Assembly: GCA_012295275.1 (NCBI GenBank)
Contig: CM022674.1
Coordinates: forward strand, 16,306,001 to 16,370,000
Length of the DNA stretch: 64,000 bases
DNA from: Chrysomallon squamiferum
Taxonomy: Eukaryota; Animalia; Mollusca
Direction: 5' to 3'
Within the stretch, counting starts at the first letter, position 1, and the number at the start of each line of letters is the position of its first letter. The notes under the pieces are model-generated. The model searched no databases, was not told the DNA's origin, and saw only the letters and a program-made list of their open reading frames with translations. Made by a program: the position numbers and the translations under genes. Of the stretch, positions 53,222 through 64,000 are shown in pieces.

Positions 53222-54548
53222 AACTGTAACGAAAATTTCACCATCTTTTGTTTTGGACTAAAACTGTATTGAAAATTCGACCAACTTCTCTTCTAAACCA
53301 AAACTATGAGGAAAATTCGACTATTTTCTGTTCTGAATTAAAACTGTTTTGTCAGCTGAAAGGGGAAAATAATACTAGACTCATCAATACTGAATTATTA
53401 ACTAGAGAAATAATATAAAATAAAAATGAAACAATAAAGGCATTTAAAATTTGTGAGATAGTTTTATTTATGAAAATATTGAAACCGATAAGAAAAAAAG
53501 TATATTTATTATATATAACTGGTGTCTTTGGAAACAAAAAACTATTTAACCTTTCTTTATAAATGGTTGTTGAATCAAAATATATAACTGTTATCTTTGT
53601 AACTGTGATTAAATGTAAATTCATGAATGTAAATTTTTTCATAGAGAATATAGATACCTACGTACAAAAAAACATACGTATATATAACTACATGCAAAAT
53701 ACATACGTATATTTATACACACATACATACATGCGTATCTAAATACATATATACATATATGTATACACATATGCACACATATATACATATATGTATACAC
53801 ATATGCACTATGACCTAAAGAGAATAGTCATTATCGTAATCAAAATAATGAATTACAGAAATAATCATGAAAATAATAAAATTGAATTTAGTAGTGAGTA
53901 TGACATAAATAATTCACAGAATTTCATGTTTCAACTTAATGCATTACATATATAGCAAAAAGATGTTTAACTGAATAAACTATCTTACATGCATAACCTG
54001 AAAAATAATCATTAATAATAAAATTTAACTACTTGATAGATGCAACTGGAATATTCTATCATATCAAAAAATAAAAAACAAAATAAAAAATAAATAAATA
54101 AAAATAAATAAAGAAATTAAGAAAGAAAGAAAAAAAAAAAAGAGTAGGAAATAAATTATTCACTTGGTTTCATGTTTTAGCTTAATGCTCTGTATCCATG
54201 GTTAGAAAAAAGATGTGAACGTGTACTGGTGTGTTTGAGTCTATAAACATGGGGTGGGTAGATCGATGATACATTGGTGGATAGACGGACAAAAGGGTTA
54301 CTGAAATCCTGGAAAATTAAGAAATGTTTGTTTTTCATGTTATTTATTTTTCTATAAAATCCATTTGCAAGCAAAAGAAACACCACCCAAAGAAATATGT
54401 TTTCATATGTATGTGAGTTTATAAGTCTAATTATTTATTTAAATATGCATTCATTTAGATACTTTTATTGTATAGGATAATGCATGCATATTTTTGCATC
54501 CGAATTTATCAACTGACATCATCATCGTTGTTGTTATTATTATTACAG

Positions 54549-55320
54549 AAAGTGTTCCCTCTGACAATTATCAATGGAGGTAATTATGAATAGAGACAGT
54601 AAGATCTGTGAAGCCGGATAAAACAAACAAATACATAAGTAAATCAAACAAATACATACATACATATATAAATAAATAAATAATAAAATATCTGGATATT
54701 TGCTGAGTCACTGAACGATGGATTTGTCGATTATCTGTCTGATTTATCTTGCCAGGCACTGAGAACATAGATCGTTTGACCTGACAGGGTTACTATGATC
54801 TAAAAACTGACTTGGAAGATGTTGAAAGAAAAACGAAGAATGCTGTCTACAAACATTTCTCAGTATCGTTTCATCAGTTAAAAAATACAGCGGAAATGCA
54901 GGTAATTTAAACGCCTTTTTTATTTTTCAATTGATATCAGATAAATAACAACAGGTAAATACAGATAAATAATGCATTTATTAATAATAGACTAATTATT
55001 AACAATATATTAAAATTCATATATAATCAATAACTGTAAATCGATAGGTAATATATTTGTATATGTAGATAAAATAGTGTATCTGTATAGGTAGAAAAAA
55101 CAATATCTATCTATCTATCTATCCATCCATCTATCTATTTATCTGTTATTCTACACTGGTGGTACAACAGCTGTCATTCGGCCAATCTGAACGGTTTGTA
55201 CCTCAATGGAACCAATAATGTATTTGCTGCAGGAATCAACTGGTCGCCATGGAGAAACTATTGCTATTCACTGAAGAAAACTGTACTGAGACTTCCTTCC
55301 ATCGTCTGTTCTGAGCTGAA
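54549..55320 (+). pseudogene. Heavily deleted PAN-FReD remnant
   Basis: Exon 2 start at 54549, damaged exon 4 54756-54901, subtype-B exon 5 fragment [32 protein letters not shown] at about 55157-55320. Confidence 0.8.
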
Positions 55321-55492
55321 ACTGGAACGAGAATTTCACAGCTTTCTCAGCTGATGTCAGACAATAGTTCTAGCTTAATCGATGTGAAATTTTACCTGGA
55401 GAAATAAAGGAAAATAAATAAACAACATTACAGTTTACAGGAATGTTTCGTTTGTCAAGATATTGATACTGATAAACAAAAATTGTGCATTC

Positions 55493-55566
<74 letters not shown>

Positions 55567-55744
55567 CAGCCAAGGATTAAAACCAGTGATCTGTCTTCCT
55601 GTCTCTTGTATCTATCTCTATTTCTTTAGTGTATTAAGTGCCAAATTAAGAAGTAACTACAACAAATTTCGCTGAATATAAACGAAGCAAGTAGAATTAT
55701 TGCGAATAACGCCAGGTGCAACAGATACGAATCGTAGCTACTAG

Positions 55745-55816
55745 GCATGCGCAGCAGGTGGGCCTGAGCAGACGATCGATCGATTGCTTTTCCTAGCGTC
55801 CACAAAACATGGCCGC
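55745..55816 (+). promoter_or_regulatory. Putative housekeeping-type promoter with NRF1-like and YY1-like motifs
   Basis: GCATGCGCA at 55745-55753 and AAACATGGCCGC at 55805-55816 in a locally GC/CpG-richer island. Confidence 0.45.
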
Positions 55817-56265
55817 TTTTAAGTGAAACAGCTAATTATGTATACTCTACTGTAAATAGAAAAACTGCGAAAACAAGTTAAAACGGACACGTACATTACT
55901 TGTTAGATATTACCTCAGCTCCGAATCGGAACTGAGATTCGGACTACTCACTGGAATGAGCACAAAGAATAGAACAATGACAGCATAAATACGAAATGAG
56001 ATAATGATAAAGGCCAGCTCTTGACAATGTATGAGGGTTATCTGAACTTACCTGTGACGTGACCTATTTATTACAAGATGTATATTCCGTGTGCGTGTTA
56101 GTTTGTCTCTGTTCTTTGTACTGGGAGCTTGTTTTAAGGAGATCAAACGACAAATAAATTCTGAACGAATTTAATAAAAAGTGAAGATAAAAGGAATCAA
56201 AATCGCTGAATAAGATATCTTCAATATTTGGATTATGATCTTTATTTAGTTATTAAACCTTGCAG

Positions 56266-57425
56266 AATAGAAAAGTGTCACGTTCTCATGTTTTATCTTT
56301 AGATGGACTTGAGACCTTTAGACCCAGGTCAACCTAACCCGAAACTACTCACGTCTCCTCTACTGTATCGATACTGATCGCAAAGGTTATTGTTGTTTTG
56401 TTGTTTAATTTATTTTTCCTTTATTGTATGTATATAAACATGAATATTAACAAGTTTAATAATATAATCATTATAAACAGTATCTCGTCTCACATAAATG
56501 TAAATTGATTTTGTTCATGCCCGTGCTGAAATCGATAGACGGCCAGATCGACATCGTTCATGCAGAGAGGCCGTAAAATAATTGTGTATCATTCGTTAGA
56601 TGTGTTCATTTATTTATTCAGAGATGATTCTTTATAGTGAATGAGTGTACACTACTTGAAAGGCACGTTAATGATGTCAGATATATATGCAATATCTCAT
56701 ATTAGTTTAAAATACTGAAACAGATCTCTGTATCAGAATTATTTATTTAGTTCAGTTATAGTTGTTGTTGTTGTTTTTAATTGCTGTTGTTACTGTTGCT
56801 GTTATAATTCACTTTCCTCTCTGAAATACACAGAATGAAAAATGTATCTGAAATACTGATATAATGACGTAAGAAAGATAACGAAGGAACAGTCCTGCTA
56901 TCGTTATCAGTTGAATAAAAGTAGGTCAGATATGTTGCCGTGTGCATGCTGTTTTTAGTATTCATTGTGTCCGTGGCTTAGCTTTTGCTCCACACATTAA
57001 AAAATAAAACTAGGTTCTGGCAGCTGAATAAAATAATCTCCTGTTTCTCCGATCAAAATATCCAGTGCGGCATCACTAATGAATCTGGGAGATGTTTCAG
57101 GTATCATTAAGTTTTATTTTTAACAACACCAGTGGTGGATTAACCCTATAAGCAAAATAAGCACGTGCTTAGGGCATTATTGTTTAGATTTTGAATTACA
57201 ATGGGGGCACCAACATGTTTTCATGTTTAGGGCCTTTCAGGTTCTTAATCCGGACCTGAAGACCACATTATATCTACTACTGATATAGTTGTTGTTGTTG
57301 TTGTTGTTGTTTTTGTTATTATTATTATTAGTAGTATTATTATAAATGGTGTCTGCAAGTCACATAATTAAGTAACATGCAGTCCTGATTTTATTTTAAC
57401 TGTTACTCCGTATTATAATTGTACA

Positions 57426-57487
<62 letters not shown>

Positions 57488-58330
57488 TAAGATCGAATTA
57501 TATGCCTGACATTTCATTAATTTTAAAATATTGTAATGCCGTTTAATTTTCTTTTTTTCATCCACTGTTGTTATTCGCCCAGTCTTTACGTAATTATAAG
57601 TACCTGATCTTTACAGGATCGTAAGTTCTATAGAAGCAAACAACAAACAATATTTCTGAAATATTCTTTATGAATTAATTGTTTAATAATTTGTTCATTT
57701 ATCAGCACTGGGAACACCTTTAAACCAGGCGGTTTCGATCTCTGAAACTTTGGTTCATTTTAAGAATCTACGGCATGAAAGGGCTTCAGCATCGTATAAG
57801 GGAGGTAAGTCTCACAGTCATGTTCGGTAAAATACCAAACTGCTCATTCTTGATGAAACGAATCGGGATTATAATTGTTAGTAGCAAGAACATTAAGAAA
57901 TAATAATGAAGATGACAAAAATAATAAGATAAAATATGAATTATTCAAGAAATGACCTTTTAAATGGTATAAATTGTATTAAATTTGTCTTTAAATTTAT
58001 AATACAGTCAGAAGAGAGTATAGTAAAATAATCCATATCGCTTCGATGTTTTTCCTGTCTAAATGTGTTGTTGTTGTTTTGTTTCCTTTTAAAATTATAT
58101 AGTACTATATCAAATGGGAAAATGTAGGCTTCACTTCAATAAGAGATGTATTACGTAATTATTGGTGAATACATATGATTTAGTAAATGTGGTATATATT
58201 ATGTACTTACAAGTAACACAAGGTAGTTTCAGTTATTTGCATTTATTTATTTGTATTTTTAATCACCATTGATCATCGTCACAGTATCAATAATAATCAC
58301 AAGAGATCCATGTTTGGCTGACAGGCTTAG
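56266..58330 (+). pseudogene. Unidentified multi-exon gene remnant (possible type II membrane protein), paralogous to 16600-19300 and inverted 5110-6720
   Basis: Conserved AG/GT-bounded 99-nt exon 57706-57804 (LGTPLNQAVSISETLVHFKNLRHERASASYKG); hydrophobic stretch with a stop, RYVAVCMLFLVFIVSVA*LLL, at about 56920-57000. Confidence 0.35.
57130..57258. mobile_element. Short hAT-like MITE
   Basis: Imperfect TIRs CAGTGGTGGATTAA / TTAATCCGGACCTG; flanks AACAACAC vs AAGACCAC resemble a decayed 8-bp TSD. Confidence 0.55.
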
Positions 58331-59289
58331 TTCATCCATCCCTGCCCCACAAAAAAAACAGAAGAAAAAATAACATTATTGTAAATGTGCCACTTAACAT
58401 GGCTATATAATTTTTTCATTTCATTATTATCATTATTTTTATTTTTGTATTATTACTTTGTTGTTGTTTTTTGCTATCTTCCGTTGCAGACATTTAATAA
58501 TATAATCTCTCTCTTAATCGTACGTGTGTATGTTATCATTATAAAATACACCGTGGGTATTGTTTGTTTCCGTCTTAAGGTCAGGATTAAATTATAATTT
58601 ATATTCACTAGCTTGATATATTTATTTATTTATTCATTTATTACTTAAATAAAATATAACATGTATAATAATAACAAAAGCATTAATGTAATAGTAAGGA
58701 TAATACTTACTACTTCTACCAATAGTAAAAAAATAATAATCAATATGCTACTACTACTAATACTACCAAAAATAATAATAGCAGCCAAAACAATACAACC
58801 AGTGACTTAACTATTGTTAAGTCTATCTTTTGGTCAGTCAAGTTGTATGTCTATTTTGCTATCTAAAATATATCACCAAAATTATAGCAACATTTAATTT
58901 AAAACAATCGTAGAAGATCATAAACAAATCAATAATAATAACAAATAGCTTGCATGTGATTACACTATATAAAAATATCGGTCAAACAGTCATCATTTCT
59001 GTGATGGAAAGGTAACAGAGGGAAAGAAATTTGTAAATAAACATATCCTGATACTTGTTTCTACATTTCTTCAGTGTGCGAGTGTGAGAAAATAAGATAG
59101 TGACTGACATTTAAATATATAAAATAACTGAATAGTCAGTGAGTCTAAATGTATCAGCAGTCCTCAGTCATCAATAATTGTGTGTGTGGGGGGGTGTCTG
59201 TATACATTGTATATGCACCGATATGCCATGGAGAAGAAGATAAATGATGCAAAGGGTACTCTAAGAAGGATTGATCCTACAACCTCGTA

Positions 59290-60145
59290 ATACCATGTAT
59301 CAGGATATATGACACCTATGTTATATTTCTATATGATCAGCACACCCCTATTAAAAATAACTATACATGATCCATTCAACTTCTGTAATTATACATTATC
59401 CTTATACTATAATGCTATATAATGAATGCACCTTAAAATGTAATCCAGAATTACCCGTATACCCCTATAGCACAATTTTGTGTACACCGTATGTGACTCA
59501 TTCCCTAATGTATTTTAGCTGATCTATACATTTGAGCATTCTGCTGTGATCTTCATCCCTGTAATGTAATTGTTTGTGTATCCTACTGACACATAGAACA
59601 CTCTAATATAATCATTTGTGTATCCTGCTTACACATACACCATTGTGATGTTATCCGTCTGTATCCTACTGATACATATACTACTGTAATGTAATGTTTG
59701 TTTATCCAACTACATCCTAATCCTTACTATATCGTACTGACTTATGCACCCTGTAAAGTAATTATTTGTGTATCCCGCTAACCCATAGAGACTTGTAATG
59801 CCATTATTTGTGTATCCTACTGTCCACAACCTATGTAGTATAATCCTTTGTGTATGTATCCTACTGACTGATTCACTCCTGCAATGTAATCCTTCTTCTG
59901 TGCTATAGACCCACCACATCTCTGAAATTTACGCGATTGATCTATGCTGCCCTTTAACATCAACCTCTATCTACAGTAAATTGAAAGGTTAAGTCATCTA
60001 TTTCTGAGTATAAATTGAAATGTCCACATGAAATGTAAAATAAAAGATAATTCGTTACTATTGGATTTTGGTTGAACAAAAGCAAACAAACCTGTCCCAA
60101 CAACAAGAAAATAAAGAAGACCAGTTTAACAGCATTATAGGCCAA
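59290..60145 (-). pseudogene. Degraded secreted protein gene with 39-nt (13-aa) VGYTNNYIT-type repeats
   Basis: Signal-like exon AYNAVKLVFFIFLLLGQ/GT, TGTAG acceptor then IEVDVKGQ from 59970; repeated GTAGGATACACAAATAATTACATTAC units at about 59560-59880; stops and frameshifts present. Confidence 0.45.
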
Positions 60146-60521
60146 TGCCTACACATTGTTCACTTGTTATCATACAATTAATATTAACATTATTCATTAT
60201 TTTTTGTAAAATATATGCTAAATATGCATTTTATAGTAGTTAATAGTATTCATTTATTGGATTTAAGTCACGATACACATAATTTATCATTAGGCTCCTG
60301 TGTTAGTCTGACCCCTGTGTTAGTCTGACCCCTGGGCAAGTTTCCGGTGTACCTGTGTGTTAAGATAACTCTGCCCTAGAGAACAAAATATTAATAAATG
60401 AACACTGCTTAATAAGATAAAGAAAAATATCAAACAACATTAATTAAAAAGAAAATTAAAGTATCAACCAGCAATTTTTCTAATAGAAAAAATTGGAGAA
60501 ATATAAATGTGTTTGAAAATG

Positions 60522-60810
60522 TCACTGAAGCACACATCAGTTTGATGTGTTAGCTGTATTTGTAGCAGTTGAATATGATCAATCATTTACTGTAGAAGTA
60601 GAACGGTGAACTGGTTTAGCGGGAACTGGAGGAGGGATTCGAGAGGGGGGTCGAATCTTATATGAAGTGGGTATTTGTGAAGTGTTGGAAGCATTTGCTG
60701 TTGAAGTAGAACTGTGAAATACTGGTGAAGTGGTAGAAGTATTTGCTGTTGAAGTAGAAATGCGAAATGGTTTTGGGGGACTGGAGGAGGGATTCGAGAG
60801 GGGGGCATCC
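60522..60810 (-). pseudogene. 3' tail of a third WWE-PARP paralog (S/T repeat + CVLQ*)
   Basis: TSTANTSTTSPVFHSSTSTANASNT...STATNTANTSN*CVLQ*; downstream sequence matches 11236-11880. Confidence 0.7.
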
Positions 60811-61272
60811 TATGTGTTTACAATATACAGTATACAATCAATTCGTATTTTTATCTGATTGTATGAAATGTTATCAAGATGCTGCAAACATGCTAACTGT
60901 ATTCTTTACCTCGTGAAACACGCTCATCTCGGCGATGTATCGCTAAAGTGTCATGGCGAACCAAAATTCCTGTTATATGACTTATGTTTGAGGATGGATT
61001 ATATTGGCTTATTCTCCTTAAATTACTTACATCTTACTTAAGAATCATAGAAAAAAGATGTCTCAAATGATTTAATGGTATTTGTCATCAATAATTGTGT
61101 CTCGAATGTCAGATGATTTTCGATTTTTAGTAGCAGTAGCATTATTCATGTTATAGCATGTTGTACATACAGCAAGACAGACAACAATTCTTTATTTAAT
61201 TGTTTGGTTTGTTTTCACAATTCACATTACGTTTAAAAACAAATTTGCTAGATAAATATTTTATCATGCACA

Positions 61273-61315
<43 letters not shown>

Positions 61316-61791
61316 TAGACTGGGAGGGCAGTTTGCCCAGTACCAGTCTCTGTTTGTTTCTTTGTTGTTGTTGTTTTATTTTTTGTATTTTTTTTTATTA
61401 TTATTTATTTTTTTATTTTACCTTTATTCTTCAGTTAACATTTCTGAGAGTTTTTCTTGAAATGTCTTTTTTAAATTTAATTTTAACAGTCAATATAATA
61501 GCAGGGTTATTCTGTTCCTACGATTGTGCCCGTTTGTTTATTCCACCTTAAAGTGTTTCAGTTGATTAGACGTCAAATTTTTATCTTATTGCTTGTCCCA
61601 AATGATTTAATGGTATTCGTCATCCATAACTGTGTGGCGGATGACGTTTTGTTTGGGATTATAAGTAGTGGTAGCATTGTTCATGTTCCAGCATGTTGTA
61701 CATACAGGAAGACAAGTAAGACATTGTTTATTTAGTTGTTTAAAAAGCATTTCTTAACAACTTTACATAACCAAATGCTTTATCATACACA

Positions 61792-61840
<49 letters not shown>

Positions 61841-64000
61841 TTCGCATTTTAATTCAAATATATTTTTTTTTTTTTTAAATAATTTATTGTTTTATTAAAC
61901 GAAAACTGTTTTAAATAATGGTTTTCCAAGACCTGTCCAGCAGCAACTCTAAACGCTGTATGTAAATACATAATTTGTCAAAGTAAAGACACATCTTTCA
62001 TGAAAAGCTATATTATTTTTGGTCAGTGCCTAATAATAAATTTATGAAAGTAATCACATCTTGCCTCTATGTCCTTTCAAAATCTGTTGTAATGCTGACA
62101 TTGGTGCTCAACTAAAGTTGGTGTTATAATGGGTTGGGTGATAAAAATGGACACCAGCTTTTGAACGCTCTATAGTCTTAGAGAACAACCAAAAAGTACA
62201 CTGAGTTACGAACATGTTTAATTTGAGTGTTTCTTAACCAAGCATCAACAATAATAATAATAATTGTATTTCACACACCTGTATTTTACCTTTCTATGTC
62301 TTAATTAAATTGTAATCCCACATGCGTGTACATAAACTAGATGACCCTGTAGTAAAACAGTAGACACAGGTGAATTGTCTTTCTACATAGCTATTTGGAT
62401 TTTCTTGCTATCTAGGTATCTGCATTTTTTGCCCAAAAAGGTGAAATTATTTCATCAGGAAAATTAAATGTATCAACTATTTTGATAAATAAAAGACAAA
62501 CTTCCAAGGTTTCATCCTGTCTCTTCTAATTATAACTCTTTCTGTTTTTGAGATTTTGGTTCTTGTTGTGGTTGTTTTAGAAAAGAAAATGTGTTTTTTA
62601 TTATTGTATTAAATTTCTTTTATTTTATTTTCTAAATGAAAATTAGCATATACTTTAATAATTTGAAAACATATATATGTTTTGTGTTATTCTGTTGGCA
62701 GGACTGAAAAAGTTATATGATCAGTTACAGCGACTGGTTTAACATACAATAGCAATAATCTAAAGATGGGATTCATTGAACTATAAATAATTGTTTTGAG
62801 CGTAATATATTGATGTGCATAGGTAATTGTGCAGTGAGTGTTAAACTACAGCAAATGGAAGCGATGAGTAATTCAGTAAATTATTTATAAAAGAGAATTC
62901 TTCTCGGTATCTGTGGTTAATCTTAAATTTATGTCCTCAAATTACAGCAGATATTCACTCAATGTTTTATTAAGAATTTTTGTTATCACCATGTTCATCT
63001 ATGAAATGGTTATACGTCTACTTTCGGATTTCAAACTTGCGAAATCAGCTAATGTTTTCATTCAGAACAGAGGTAGACATGCTATCTCAACAACTTGTGT
63101 ACAAGTTTAGTACTGTTGTATTGACAGGACAGAAGAGTTGTATGGTCAGTTACAGACAACTGGTTTAACATACAGCAGCTAATGTCCAAAGATGGGTTAA
63201 ACTGAATTGTAAGTAAATGTTCTGTTCGTTTAAATTAGTTACATTAAAATGTAATGTTATGAGTGTGCAATGTACAGTACAATACTGATAAAACTTAAGT
63301 TGTCAAAGCCAGTCTCGGGTAGGTCCAGGTTTTATTAAAATGTAACTTTTCGTTCGTGTTGTGGTTTGTTACTTATAATTATTTCTTTAACAGTTTTCAA
63401 TCTTTACATAAAATAACCTACACTGACTTCAATAAGCAAATTTCATATTTGTCTGTGATACAAGAAATAGTTAATAATAAATAAAATGGATTTTTACCTT
63501 AGTTACCTAAAGATTCCCCAGTTAGGTGACACAAACTTTAATCCAAACATTTTGAAGCTTAAATACAGCTGTTTTTGCTCATTTTGTCTTGACATAGTGA
63601 AGAAAATATTTGTTTCCAGTGCATCTGTGCGTGTGTGTGTGTGTGTATATATCTTCAATCTGATATAAATTTGTATACTTAATGTAGAAAAATTATCATC
63701 CAGTAACTTATTAAACAATTTAAAAACATAACAGAGTAAAGACTATTAGTATTATTTTGAAAATACATTTACATTTAATGTTTAAGTGAAGGAATACATC
63801 TTCAAACATAATCATATGCTATTATAATCACACTAGAATCATGTTTAACTACATAAAATAAATTTAAAACATTATTTATTTATTTTTTATTTTTTTTTAC
63901 AAATACATGTATATATATGGTATGGAGAAATCATCTTAAAAATAAATAGTAATAAAGAAAGTATTTGTACATAGGATGATGGTTGAATGCTGTACTATTC

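Noticed and set aside
59560-59900. Reflectin or another known cephalopod repeat protein
   Set aside because: Lacks the Met/Asp-rich reflectin motif; no family could be assigned.
61050-64000. Coding content in the last 3 kb
   Set aside because: Only short local duplications (61050-61200 vs 61590-61740; 62700-62800 vs 63125-63225) and motif-less ORFs; no supportable gene call.

Overview
AT-rich, intron-containing animal genomic DNA, dense in (TAA)n, (GA)n and (CA)n microsatellites; gene content suggests a mollusc or other lophotrochozoan (inference). The window is a heavily rearranged innate-immune-type gene cluster. (1) A diverged inverted duplication (about 1.3-9.8 kb vs 13.5-23.3 kb) surrounds a 200-N gap. 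Each arm carries a WWE-domain PARP12/ZAP/TIPARP-like mono-ADP-ribosyltransferase copy, a TTAGGG-containing satellite and a signal peptide-PAN-beta-propeller pseudogene. Only the left PARP copy keeps its H-Y-I catalytic exon, and a third PARP tail at about 60.5-60.8 kb points to an ancestral C-terminal CaaX prenylation box. (2) A tandem array of signal peptide-PAN/apple-fibrinogen-domain (FReD) genes includes one intact 5-exon gene (29054-31530, 326 aa), one open PAN-only truncation and several pseudogenes, orphan exons and chimeras. Every complete terminal exon lacks the canonical FReD Ca2+-binding loop, and the last codons of the CDS seed a 40-bp minisatellite. Tc1, MULE, LINE, SINE and hAT-MITE remnants are interspersed. 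All calls come from manual translation and comparison; no database searches were run.
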